Below are positions 8,956 to 18,728 of a stretch of 64,000 bases of DNA, one piece after another; within the stretch, counting starts at the first letter, position 1; each line of letters begins with the position of its first letter. Under the pieces are notes generated by a model. The model ran no database searches, was not told where the DNA came from, and saw nothing but the letters and a program-made list of their open reading frames with translations. The position numbers and the translations under genes are program-made. The DNA is from a virus, in the UHGV virus genome UHGV-1962423. One strand, 5' to 3'.

Positions 8956-10518
8956 TCAAAAGAGTTCGTCACCCATACCGCCTGTAAAGACGTTAATCGA
9001 CGATGCAGTCACTGTTTCTTCTTTATCGCAATCCCATGGCAGAATGCCAACTTCACGGAAAGGTATTACTGTATAATGGTAAGCTTCTTTAGTATCGATA
9101 ATTGTACGGTGTTTACCACGTTGTACTTCTAAGTAACTATGCCCATTGACAACACGTTTGTTAAAATACATCTCACCGTCAGCTTCGTTATCCAAGCTGG
9201 AGCAGTTATCGTAAAGACCGCGACCTGGTAAGTTCTTACAGAAACTTGCTGGGTCTAACGCTTTTAATTTTTTGCCTTCTGGTGAGATTTGGTGTGGCGC
9301 TAACAAGAAACCACGGTTACGTACTACCTGGATGTTTCGAGCGATACGATAAATTTCTTTAATGTCGCTACCGGCAATCCCGTTACCGTGACCTGCTTTA
9401 CTGATAGTCCCGAAATAGTCTCCGCGAATCCCAGCTACATGATAACCTCGACGCTTTAAGTCCAGTATTAAGTCGTTTAAGTAATGTATTTTAAAATCTG
9501 AGTTTGTGTGTTTCTGAAAGATGTACTCCCAACCGTTAGCCCGCATTTTACTACAGAGGTAGTCCGACATTTTTGTGTTGTGTAAAGCTTTCTCTTCGTC
9601 GGTAGCGTTTTCAGAAGCAACCATAACCGGTGCTTCACCTTCAAAATGACCGTAGAGCGCTTGGTACGCATACGCCAAATTAACGTCCAGTTCGTTCTCT
9701 AAACTTAAATCGAGAATAACCGGCTGTAAATCCCCTTTAACGTTTTCCATTACCTTTTCAGGCGTATTGAATACCGGAATACTGATAGACAACAACAGAC
9801 TAAAAAGCGATTTACAGTTAAAGGGCAGTGCAGGCATTAGCCAAAGTTCTTCAGTAATCCCTTTGTTACAACCCAACATCTGGTTAATGGCTTTCCATCC
9901 GGTACGTAAACCATTACCCGCTGCTTTCTTACTGATTGAGTCGAACACATGTACGAACGGTGCACGGTTATCCGTAATAAGTTCACCTACGAGTGAGGGA
10001 ATCTTATTATGAGAGCGTTCACTGAACGTAGAGAGACTATCTCTGAGGTCGTTGAGCGCTGTTTGTAAATCAACGCGCGTTTCGGTTCCGTTCAGTGCGC
10101 CTAACGTACGACCTAATTTTTGTTTCAGTTGTACGCCTTGAATAGCTTGACGTAATTGGAAGTAGTATTGTGCTACTTGACGGTTAAGATGCTCGATGCG
10201 TGCTTCTGGTTCTTCTGGAATATCATCTTCCAGGAATTTGGTAATCGTATCGTATAGAGGACGTATTTGCGTAGTGGCCAGTTTCAAACGTTTCATGACG
10301 TTTGTGTGGTCGTAAGGCATACCGCCGTCTATGATGGATGTGATGATATCCTTGATTTCGACGAGGGCGGCACGTTCGTCACCTTCCTCTACGTAATCAG
10401 GAAGCTTAGCCTCTAACAGCACTTTTCTTATGACCTCGTGATCCTTCTCAGGGTCGGTCAGCAGACTTTCAGTGTATAGTGTGGCTAATGCGGTTATCAA
10501 CATCATTTTGTTATTCAT
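8956..10518 (-). CDS. hypothetical protein (520 aa)
   Basis: Long minus-strand ORF, one of only two reverse genes; AAGGATG RBS on minus strand; start lies 13 bp from the divergent + gene start. Confidence 0.75.
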   Translation of the reverse strand: MNNKMMLITALATLYTESLLTDPEKDHEVIRKVLLEAKLPDYVEEGDERAALVEIKDIITSIIDGGMPYDHTNVMKRLKLATTQIRPLYDTITKFLEDDIPEEPEARIEHLNRQVAQYYFQLRQAIQGVQLKQKLGRTLGALNGTETRVDLQTALNDLRDSLSTFSERSHNKIPSLVGELITDNRAPFVHVFDSISKKAAGNGLRTGWKAINQMLGCNKGITEELWLMPALPFNCKSLFSLLLSISIPVFNTPEKVMENVKGDLQPVILDLSLENELDVNLAYAYQALYGHFEGEAPVMVASENATDEEKALHNTKMSDYLCSKMRANGWEYIFQKHTNSDFKIHYLNDLILDLKRRGYHVAGIRGDYFGTISKAGHGNGIAGSDIKEIYRIARNIQVVRNRGFLLAPHQISPEGKKLKALDPASFCKNLPGRGLYDNCSSLDNEADGEMYFNKRVVNGHSYLEVQRGKHRTIIDTKEAYHYTVIPFREVGILPWDCDKEETVTASSINVFTGGMGDELF

Positions 10519-10531
10519 GGAGCATCCTTAA

Positions 10532-11056
10532 ATGCAAATTCGTTTTAGTCCACCGTGGGAAGTTCAGCCTAACATAGATAAAGGCGCTGCCGTTAAAAGT
10601 GTAGAATTGCTCCAGGCAGGGTTCTTTAACTGGTTATATGACTGTCCGAATGGTTTCAGTTCTATCATCTTACCTGAAGTAAGTCGTTCTGCTATTTATA
10701 AAGCGTTAATGGCTCCGCCTGTACTTCCAGGTAAATATTATGATCAGGTGTTACGTCTGGTCGAATCAGGCGAAAAGGTTTCCCTTGACGATTTATATGG
10801 GGAAACAATTCCTTGTCGCTTACGCTGGGTCTTTACCCAACGTGGTGATACGATTGTGGCGTCATTTGCAGAAGCGAAGTCCGGTTCGGGTTTTTCTTCG
10901 GGTGAAGACCACGCTGCGAAAAAGATGTTCTGCGCAGAACTTTTTAAATATATGCGTACCAAGACTCGCGTCGTGGATGACTGCTTCAGTACCTCAACGC
11001 AGTTTGCCGCTAACGAAGTGCTGACGCAATTATACGCATGTCATTTATCTCATTAA
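10532..11056 (+). CDS. hypothetical protein (174 aa)
   Basis: ATG 10532 with GGAG 9 nt upstream; immediately precedes the highly expressed 761-aa gene. Confidence 0.7.
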   Translation: MQIRFSPPWEVQPNIDKGAAVKSVELLQAGFFNWLYDCPNGFSSIILPEVSRSAIYKALMAPPVLPGKYYDQVLRLVESGEKVSLDDLYGETIPCRLRWVFTQRGDTIVASFAEAKSGSGFSSGEDHAAKKMFCAELFKYMRTKTRVVDDCFSTSTQFAANEVLTQLYACHLSH

Positions 11057-11068
11057 GGTATTAAACAA

Positions 11069-13354
11069 ATGAAAGATACCCGAATCTCTAATTTAGAGAA
11101 ACTCGTAGAAGCCGGTACTAGTCTGGCCCAAAACGTCATCGGCAACAACACCGCCAGCGAAATGTGGAAGACGATTGTTGCAGGCGAGTCCGTACGTAGC
11201 AACGCAAAAGTATTTGGCGCTCTGCGTGACGAAGCATCACAGCACTATGCCAACGCTTTTGGCGGCAAGAAAATGTCTCATGCTGCGACCGTCGCTTCCG
11301 CAATGATTCTGGGCGTAGCTAACCACGGTAAAGACCTGCAAGAACGTGTTGCCCAGGAATACGCTAAGCCGGAATTCCACACCAAGTATAACCTGGATAT
11401 TGGTATCCCTGGTGCGCAAGGTGGTGATTGGGGTCGTGAGCGTATGGTTGTTGCTCAGGAATACTACAGCAACAAAGACTACGACAAAAACTTGGGCCTG
11501 ACCTGGACCCTGAACGTACGTGCTCTGGAAACTCAGTCCAAGTTTGCTGAAACACTGTTCCCGACCATTACCGTTGACACCAACGATGTTGGTATTACCG
11601 TACGTACTAAAGTGACTACCGTTTCTCGCGGTATCATGAACGCGCTGCTGAGCAAAGACGTCGTTGAAGATCATCGTCGTCCGCTGCACAACGCACTGAC
11701 TGACCACACCGTTCTCCAGGACGAAGCGATCAACATCGTTCCTTACGTAATGGAAACCGGTGAAAACCAGGAATACTTCGTAAGCGAAGATCTGGTTCCG
11801 AACGAAAAAGTTCGCCTGGGTCGTGTACCTCCGTATCCGACTAACTACCTGAGCTTTGCAAACGACACGCTGAACCTGTTCCAGCTGTCTGCGCATCCGG
11901 GTATCGTTCAGGAAGGTTACGATGAAACTGATGAAATCGCACCGGGTTGTGCTCTGGGCAGCCTGCTGATTTCTGTACGTAAACCGGCCGAAGAAGCGAA
12001 AGCGGGTAAATTCATCAAACTGCACGTTCGTGACATGCAGTTCGCAACCTTCCAGCGTCCTGCTGAAGGTGACGGCCGTGAACTGGTTCTGCAATTCCGT
12101 CGTACCGCGTTCTCTCTGAATGCGAAAACCACTGACTGGAAAGGCGACGCTATTCCGGCACTGCAAGCACTGGGCCAGAACTCCTACACCCTGCGCTACG
12201 TTATCACCATCACCATGTCCCTGTTCACCAGCGGCCAGTTCGGTGGTAAAGTAGACATTTCCGGCCACAAACTGGAAATCGAAGGTCTGTACGATGCAAC
12301 TGGTAACAAAGTTGATACCAAGTCTGGTACCGGCAAAGTTATCCTGGATGGCCTGAAACTCGAACTGATGGGCTGGCGCTTCGATGGTACTCGTACCAAC
12401 GAAAACCGTCGTACCCAGGGTCTGCTGCTTGACCCAATTTGGGAACAGGAAAACTACAAACTGCAATACGGTTCTCCGATTCTGACCAAGTCTCCGGTTG
12501 GTGTTGAATACGACGACACTGAACGTCTGGATGACCTGATCTCTGCGGTGAACATCCGTAACGAACAGCTGGCTATTACTCAGACGCTGTCTTACACTGA
12601 AGCAGTACGTAACGCAGCCGCTGCGATGATCACTCCGTGGGACAAACCGGCTATCCGTGGTCTGGGCCGTCACTGGGTTGCTCCGTGGTTCAAAGAGTCT
12701 GACTACAAAGTCGATGAAGTTGTTCAGTCTCTGGATACCAAAGAAGCGCTGATCAACGCTCGTCAGGGTCTGTTGCAGCGTATCGGTAGCCAGGTAACTC
12801 AGGCTATCCAGGATTCTCGTTTCATTCCTGCACTGCGCCTGCTGACCGCTGATCCGGACATTCTTCCGAAAGTTATTATCGCAACTGACGAACCGACTGC
12901 ATCCATGCTGCTGCTGGTTCAGGGCGACCAACGTCTGCTGGGCGACCGTTATGAATACGAAGTCGTTACCACCAACGATGACCGCTGGCGTATCTACAAC
13001 GCAGCTGACGATTCCTGGACTCGTCGTCTGCAATGGTTCCTGAAAGTTCCGACTGCGGACGATGGTTCCTACTGCGTACTGAACTGGGGTAACCACTTCT
13101 GGTCTCCGATCATGGTTACCAACATCAACATTCAGCGTAACGGTTCTACTTCTAAAGAACTGGCTGTACAGCCGCGTAACGCGCATATCTGCCACTGCCC
13201 GATCACTGGTCTGATTTGGGTTAAAGGCATCACCAAACTGGTTGAAGAAAAACTGGCTTACAACGTTTCTGTAGAACAGAACGGCCAGAAACAAACCGAA
13301 GGTGGTGTAGCAGGTAACCTTGCTGTCGAAGGCAAAGCTACCGCTGGTAAATAA
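11069..13354 (+). CDS. highly expressed major virion structural protein, possibly major capsid protein (761 aa)
   Basis: Strongest codon bias in the window (CTG, CGT, GGT, AAC, GAA), strong terminator downstream. Capsid assignment is inference from size and expression signature only. Confidence 0.85.
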   Translation: MKDTRISNLEKLVEAGTSLAQNVIGNNTASEMWKTIVAGESVRSNAKVFGALRDEASQHYANAFGGKKMSHAATVASAMILGVANHGKDLQERVAQEYAKPEFHTKYNLDIGIPGAQGGDWGRERMVVAQEYYSNKDYDKNLGLTWTLNVRALETQSKFAETLFPTITVDTNDVGITVRTKVTTVSRGIMNALLSKDVVEDHRRPLHNALTDHTVLQDEAINIVPYVMETGENQEYFVSEDLVPNEKVRLGRVPPYPTNYLSFANDTLNLFQLSAHPGIVQEGYDETDEIAPGCALGSLLISVRKPAEEAKAGKFIKLHVRDMQFATFQRPAEGDGRELVLQFRRTAFSLNAKTTDWKGDAIPALQALGQNSYTLRYVITITMSLFTSGQFGGKVDISGHKLEIEGLYDATGNKVDTKSGTGKVILDGLKLELMGWRFDGTRTNENRRTQGLLLDPIWEQENYKLQYGSPILTKSPVGVEYDDTERLDDLISAVNIRNEQLAITQTLSYTEAVRNAAAAMITPWDKPAIRGLGRHWVAPWFKESDYKVDEVVQSLDTKEALINARQGLLQRIGSQVTQAIQDSRFIPALRLLTADPDILPKVIIATDEPTASMLLLVQGDQRLLGDRYEYEVVTTNDDRWRIYNAADDSWTRRLQWFLKVPTADDGSYCVLNWGNHFWSPIMVTNINIQRNGSTSKELAVQPRNAHICHCPITGLIWVKGITKLVEEKLAYNVSVEQNGQKQTEGGVAGNLAVEGKATAGK

Positions 13355-13368
13355 TATCGAATAAAAAG

Positions 13369-13410
13369 TGTCTAAGCCCCAAAAGGGCTTAGACCTTTTA
13401 TTTTTTTCTT
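13369..13410 (+). terminator. strong rho-independent terminator
   Basis: tctaagccc-caaaa-gggcttaga followed by ttttatttttttc. Confidence 0.8.
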
Positions 13411-13535
13411 TCTATTATTTTTCGGATAGATATTATTAAAGAGAGACTGTCAGTTGGTTTAAAGGAGAGTTTATGGAAAAATTACAGTTAAAACTAAAGA
13501 TATGTACCATTATTAAAACTTAATCTGGCCCTTAC

Positions 13536-14546
13536 ATGAACCGTCTTGATATTGATGTGGTACCCAGTGTTACTGACCGCTCGTTGTATCAAAAGTCAGG
13601 ACTACAAAAACTCATCACTTTTGAGAATAATACTGGTGTGCCAATTTACGTCACTGAAACCAGTGGCGGTAGCTTTATTTTAACTCCGTCCAAAAGCACG
13701 GCTGATGAGCATGGGGTTGTTGTTTATGTAACGTATCAATCGTTCGGAAATCTGGCTAACCTGAACGGGTTTGCAGAAGTCTTACCAGAAAAACAATTCA
13801 CTAAATTTTGTGCAGATTTAAAGGAGAAAGGAGAGGTCACACTCCGATACGTCGTCGACGATATCGGTGCTTTATTACGTGGGGACTTGGTTGTATTGAA
13901 GCAGTTAGGATTTGCATTTTCAATTACACCAGTTCGATTAGAAAGTACACCACCGAGTGTAAGGCCAGGAGGTGAGAGAACTGAATTTACATTGGGTGTT
14001 ATTGTTGTGCAGCGTTACGACGATCCCGAATTATATCGTTGGATTAGATTCTACGGAACGCGCATGGAAGTACAACCGATTCTATCGCGGTATTACGAAC
14101 CGGGTGTGTACATGGTAATAGGAGGAGGAGACAAAGTAGAAGGGAGCAGGATGATTCACTTTGAGTTCGATGACTTATTGTCACCGTTCCGTGTTTTTAA
14201 AGATAAAGAAACAGCCACTGCGTTTCGATGGCAAGAAACGTTACCGGATATTCACGAGATAAAGGAAAAGCTGGAAAGTCAATACAGAGAAAAATTAGAA
14301 AGTTTGGATTCGGCAAAAGACAAACTGGAATTAGAACACAAAAAACAACTACAGAATTTGGCTTTAGAAAAGGAGCGTTTGACTCTAGCGTATAAACAAC
14401 AAGAACTAGAAGCAAAGTCTCGGGCAGAGGCACGAAAAGAATTCTACGAGACTCGTTCTTACATTCGTAAAGATGGGTCAGACCTATTTAAATCAGTCCC
14501 TGCGTATCTGGCGGCGGGTGTCGCATTTATAGGGATGCTAAAGTAA
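13536..14546 (+). CDS. hypothetical protein with C-terminal coiled-coil and hydrophobic tail (336 aa)
   Basis: Heptad-like KLESQYREKLESLDSAKDKLELEHKKQLQNLALEKERL region; preceded by a 16-codon uORF with strong SD. Confidence 0.75.
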   Translation: MNRLDIDVVPSVTDRSLYQKSGLQKLITFENNTGVPIYVTETSGGSFILTPSKSTADEHGVVVYVTYQSFGNLANLNGFAEVLPEKQFTKFCADLKEKGEVTLRYVVDDIGALLRGDLVVLKQLGFAFSITPVRLESTPPSVRPGGERTEFTLGVIVVQRYDDPELYRWIRFYGTRMEVQPILSRYYEPGVYMVIGGGDKVEGSRMIHFEFDDLLSPFRVFKDKETATAFRWQETLPDIHEIKEKLESQYREKLESLDSAKDKLELEHKKQLQNLALEKERLTLAYKQQELEAKSRAEARKEFYETRSYIRKDGSDLFKSVPAYLAAGVAFIGMLK

Positions 14547-14556
14547 GGAGCGTGGC

Positions 14557-16332
14557 GTGTTTAAAGATGCAATCAGAAAGCTTAAAGAGGATGGCAAAAT
14601 AGTACCCTTTAACCGAGCGATTGCGGAAGGTGTCGGTTATACCCAGGCCAAAGATGGTATACACGAACGTGTTCAGATTATCTTGAAACGTGAGCTGGAT
14701 TATCATCCTGTTGATAATCCGCGTGTTCCTGAAGGGCTGGCTGTATTAGGTGTACGGTTAATGTCGCCGTTTGAAACGTTCATCTATAAGCTGTCTCGTT
14801 CTGAGAGCAGCAGAATGGATAGACGCCGTGGTGTGATGTCCATTGCGAACACCGATGCGTATATGGTCATGTCAACATTCCGTATTCCAGGAGATTCTCG
14901 ACCGATCTCAAGACCGATTAACTTACCCTTTATCCGTCGTGGTGGTTTAATGAACTATTACGGTACGACGTATCACGTTGCGCCGGTTATTCACCAGCCA
15001 GGTATCTGTCGCGAACACGGTGGGGTATTTGTTAACTTTGACTTTAAACGTAAAGCCTCGTTGAAATTCTGTAAGCAACCTGTCCGTGTGTTAGTCAACG
15101 GTAAAAAAGAGGAGCTATTCTTACCAGGAACCAAAAACCTGTTCAAAGCGAAGAACGCAACACATCCCGATACTGACGAGAAACCGTTAATGTATTGGTT
15201 GTTCGGACGTTACGGATTTAAAGAAGCGATTAAACGCTATACTGGTGTTGACGTAGAAATTTATCCATCGTTTAAGATCCCAGAACTCGATCTCAACGAG
15301 AAAGTTGTAATCAGTTCCGGTGAATCGAAATATAACCGTTCGATAATGTACGCGGTTGTCGTACCCGCAGAAGCATTGCCGAACGTGGATAAAGTCGGTT
15401 GGGATCAAAACGAGCATTTATTGCTGGCTGCAATTGCTGCGTTCTTCAAAGCTGCTCACTACTATTGCAGTAAACAATCTATTAAGAACGGTAACGTCAC
15501 ACCGCTGCCGCCGCTGTTTACCGCAATTAACGAGTTAGCGATGGAAGACGATATTGCTAATCTGAACTCTGCTCCGATTTGGCGTGAGATTCTGGGAAGA
15601 AGTATCGTAGGACTGAAACCTTCCGATATTGAGTTAGCGCACAGTATGGCGAAACACTATACTGAATGTGATCGCTATGTTAACTCAACGTTCCGTGCAG
15701 AACTGAAGATGACCGATCCCGACATTCCAGACGATATGGATATGTTTGATTTCTTCTGGTATGCAACGAAACTGATGGTACGTACCCGTTTGACCAAACA
15801 GGGCGACATTCCGTCGATGTACGGAAAACGTTTAACCGTAACTGACTACTTACTGTTAGGTGACCGTGGGTTTACACCAACGGTAGCGGCTATTCGTTTC
15901 CAGCTGGGACAAACGGAGAACCGTTCGCCGGAATCCTGCGCGAATATGATTCGTAGCGCACTCAATAAAGAAATTGTCACGAGTCTGGTACTGCGTAATA
16001 TCACCGGTAATGGCGGTGTAAGTTATTTTAACGCATCAACAGAATCCATGGTGTTAGGAGTATCCACACACGCGATCAGTCAAACTGAAACGGAATCTAA
16101 ACGCAACAGCAAGGGCGGTAAAACGGTTAACCTTAACGACCGTACGAAACACGCTTCTGCATCGCATCTGGAGTGTGGTAACGTTTATTATATTCCGAAA
16201 TCATCCCCGTTCAAATGGGGTGTCCTTAACCCGTATATGAAAACTAACCGTCAGTTAGTGATGGTTCGTAATCCAAAACTTGACGAGTTAATTCAAGCAA
16301 CTGAAGAAGACATTGCGAAGATTGGCCGTTAA
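14557..16332 (+). CDS. hypothetical protein (591 aa), GTG start
   Basis: GTG at 14557 with AAGGAG 6 nt upstream. Confidence 0.8.
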   Translation: MFKDAIRKLKEDGKIVPFNRAIAEGVGYTQAKDGIHERVQIILKRELDYHPVDNPRVPEGLAVLGVRLMSPFETFIYKLSRSESSRMDRRRGVMSIANTDAYMVMSTFRIPGDSRPISRPINLPFIRRGGLMNYYGTTYHVAPVIHQPGICREHGGVFVNFDFKRKASLKFCKQPVRVLVNGKKEELFLPGTKNLFKAKNATHPDTDEKPLMYWLFGRYGFKEAIKRYTGVDVEIYPSFKIPELDLNEKVVISSGESKYNRSIMYAVVVPAEALPNVDKVGWDQNEHLLLAAIAAFFKAAHYYCSKQSIKNGNVTPLPPLFTAINELAMEDDIANLNSAPIWREILGRSIVGLKPSDIELAHSMAKHYTECDRYVNSTFRAELKMTDPDIPDDMDMFDFFWYATKLMVRTRLTKQGDIPSMYGKRLTVTDYLLLGDRGFTPTVAAIRFQLGQTENRSPESCANMIRSALNKEIVTSLVLRNITGNGGVSYFNASTESMVLGVSTHAISQTETESKRNSKGGKTVNLNDRTKHASASHLECGNVYYIPKSSPFKWGVLNPYMKTNRQLVMVRNPKLDELIQATEEDIAKIGR

Positions 16333-16371
16333 CCACGAAAGACGTATTAAGACCTATTAGGAGAATTAAGA

Positions 16372-17982
16372 ATGGCAAGCTACAGCGAAACTCGTGAATT
16401 TATCTTGAAAGTTGTAATGGCTAAACAGGATCAGCTGTTGAACTATCTCGTCGATGCGATGAATGCGAAAGGGATAAAAGAAGATCCGTTTGTTAATGCA
16501 GCGTGCATTGTAGGTAACTGGTATCTGCAAAACCGTCGTCCTAACGACCAGACTAACGTTGCGGTTATCGAAACCTTTAAGGCAACGCTGTATAGCCGTC
16601 TGTTAGGTTTAGGCCTGACGCCGTTGCAGCCGGACATTCATAGCGCGTTAGAGAAAGCGTTTGTGCTGGCGAATCAACTTGCAGAAGAAGCTCGTCGTGC
16701 CGGGCAGGGTGGATTCGGTGTACGTACTGAACCAGTTAACTTCGGTATTCAGAATTCACAGAATGCGCAACCAACCGCACCGATTCAGGGTTCTTCTGTA
16801 CCAATGGCCAGCTATACTCCGGCAGGTGTAACAGTGCAACCTGTACAACCCGCTCCGGTATTCGGCGGTACTCCGCAACCTCAACCTCAGCCGCAATCGC
16901 AGCCTGCTATTATTCAGCCGGCTGTTCCGCAGGAAGTGATGAACAAAAGCAAGCCTGTGGATATGAATAAGGAAACGATGGATGATATCATTCAACGTGC
17001 TAACCGTCCTCACCATGACATTTTGCGGGTAGAAATTGTGGAAGACTATTTAGATCACGAGCTGAAAGAAAAGATTCAGCAAAACGTTGTTTCGCCGAAA
17101 GAAGCTAACACACGCGTCAAGAATTCTGTGTATGCAGAACATCGTGACTGGGGTGATAAGGTTAGTGAACTGGTTGAAGATAACGACAAACAATATTGCT
17201 CGTATGACGATGCGGGTATCATGGTGAAAGTCGAAAGCGAATATCGTCTGTATCCGATGGCACAGACTGAAACTTCTGCGGTGTATCTCCAGGAGTTTTA
17301 TAGTTCGGTTCGCCAGATTATCGACGATCTCGATACCGTACGTGATATTGACGATATTGAAAAGCTGATGGAGCGTGTTTCTAATGACGTCTTCAGACTG
17401 CGTGACCTTGCACAACGTTTGTTAATGTACTTCCTCACCAAATCTGATGAGAATGAAACGTATCGTAGCGAATGTTCAATGTTTACTCGTCGTTTCGTTG
17501 CAACATTAACCGTGCTGGTTCACAACGCTATCTCCGTGGCATCTGCTTACGGTAAAGACGTTCCGGGTACGAAATTCGTACAATTGGAATGCTGCCTGGA
17601 TGACATGACCTACTTTAAAGAGACAGTGTATGGTCGTACCATCGGTGAAAACGGCGTGAGCAAGTCTGCGGATTATTTCCGTGAAATGTTCCTGCTAATC
17701 GCACGTTCTCTGCGTAAGCTGCACATTCGTCTGACCTGCGATAATAAAGCCATTGAACTGTCTCAGGTAACGTACACGATTTCTCTGCAAGCAGATTATC
17801 AATCCGCTAACGATCGTCATATCGTGGAAATCTCTTCGTTTGGTAATAGCTTCGAACCGATTGTTTCAATCTACGAAGTCATTAACCAGAAAGCACCAGA
17901 AGCGTTCATTAAACTTAAGACCCCGTCTCACGTTTATTCGCTACTGAGCACAGGTGACGTTACTGCACCGGTTCGTTATTAA
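16372..17982 (+). CDS. hypothetical protein with Pro/Gln-rich linker (536 aa)
   Basis: TTAGGAG RBS; low-complexity QPVQPAPVFGGTPQPQPQPQSQPAIIQPAVPQ segment at about 16800-16930. Confidence 0.8.
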   Translation: MASYSETREFILKVVMAKQDQLLNYLVDAMNAKGIKEDPFVNAACIVGNWYLQNRRPNDQTNVAVIETFKATLYSRLLGLGLTPLQPDIHSALEKAFVLANQLAEEARRAGQGGFGVRTEPVNFGIQNSQNAQPTAPIQGSSVPMASYTPAGVTVQPVQPAPVFGGTPQPQPQPQSQPAIIQPAVPQEVMNKSKPVDMNKETMDDIIQRANRPHHDILRVEIVEDYLDHELKEKIQQNVVSPKEANTRVKNSVYAEHRDWGDKVSELVEDNDKQYCSYDDAGIMVKVESEYRLYPMAQTETSAVYLQEFYSSVRQIIDDLDTVRDIDDIEKLMERVSNDVFRLRDLAQRLLMYFLTKSDENETYRSECSMFTRRFVATLTVLVHNAISVASAYGKDVPGTKFVQLECCLDDMTYFKETVYGRTIGENGVSKSADYFREMFLLIARSLRKLHIRLTCDNKAIELSQVTYTISLQADYQSANDRHIVEISSFGNSFEPIVSIYEVINQKAPEAFIKLKTPSHVYSLLSTGDVTAPVRY

Positions 17983-18026
17983 GTTTGGATTGGGGGTGGA
18001 AACATCCCCATTTTTAAGGAGTGCGT

Positions 18027-18275
18027 ATGGCCGCTTATGTTGATTACAGTAAAGCCAAGATAGAGCTAAACGTAATTGATACCGTAGAGCGTTTAAAGCA
18101 ACAACTTTCTTTGGAGTTATATCAACTTCGCGTCCGTATTCACGAGCGTGAACAACTTATTGAGAAACATCCATTATTTATCGACGAGAAGCAGGTAAAA
18201 CTTATCACTGCGGAGTTAGAAGTTATGGCCGCAGAGAAACTGTTACTCGAAGAACGCATCGCTGCTATTGGTTAA
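18027..18275 (+). CDS. small coiled-coil protein (82 aa)
   Basis: Track start GTG 18021; ATG 18027 has AAGGAG 5 nt upstream. Confidence 0.65.
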   Translation: MAAYVDYSKAKIELNVIDTVERLKQQLSLELYQLRVRIHEREQLIEKHPLFIDEKQVKLITAELEVMAAEKLLLEERIAAIG

Positions 18276-18285
18276 TCATCACACA

Positions 18286-18320
18286 AGGAGAGCCGAAGCT
18301 CTCCTCCTTTATTTTTATTC
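18286..18320 (+). terminator. rho-independent terminator
   Basis: aggagagc-cgaa-gctctcct followed by cctttatttttatt. Confidence 0.7.
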
Positions 18321-18363
18321 CCCAATTTATTATAGCCGCCCACTATAGTGAGGGAATGAGGAA

Positions 18364-18669
18364 ATGATTAAATATGTTGTTATTAATGTAAACTACGAAC
18401 GTAGTCCACGTTTTCGCTTCGAATTACCTGAAACCAATGCAACCATGGAGTTTAATCGCTACTTTTTAGAGCATTCAAACACCAAAGTCAATCGCGGTAG
18501 ATACTAGCTTATCTACTATAATGCACGTAATGAGTTACTGAAAGCCGTCAAGAAATCAGGTCAGCAAGAATTGTTAGCGAAACTGATGGCGTTTGATAAC
18601 GATCCTTTAGCAATAGGAATTATGTTAGACCTTGTTATCAATAAAGACGAAATAGCGTGGTCCGAATAA
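18364..18669 (+). CDS. small ORF interrupted by in-frame TAG at 18505-18507
   Basis: ATG 18364 then 47 codons, TAG, then 53 further sense codons in the same frame to TAA 18667-18669; both halves look protein-like. Could be two genes, an amber allele, or readthrough. Confidence 0.35.
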
Positions 18670-18723
18670 AAAAGCTACTCCGACCCCAGAAGGGTCGGAG
18701 TAGGCTCGAATTATTTTTTTTTT
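18664..18723. terminator. bidirectional terminator between convergent genes
   Basis: ctactccgaccc-caga-agggtcggagtag flanked by A-run upstream and T-run downstream. Confidence 0.7.
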
Positions 18724-18728
18724 GCTAT

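Noticed and set aside
11237-13294. 685-codon ORF on the minus strand inside the 761-aa gene
   Set aside because: Antisense to the most codon-biased gene in the window; the translation is low-complexity (V/F/Q/R-rich) and lacks an RBS. It is a by-product of sense-strand codon bias.
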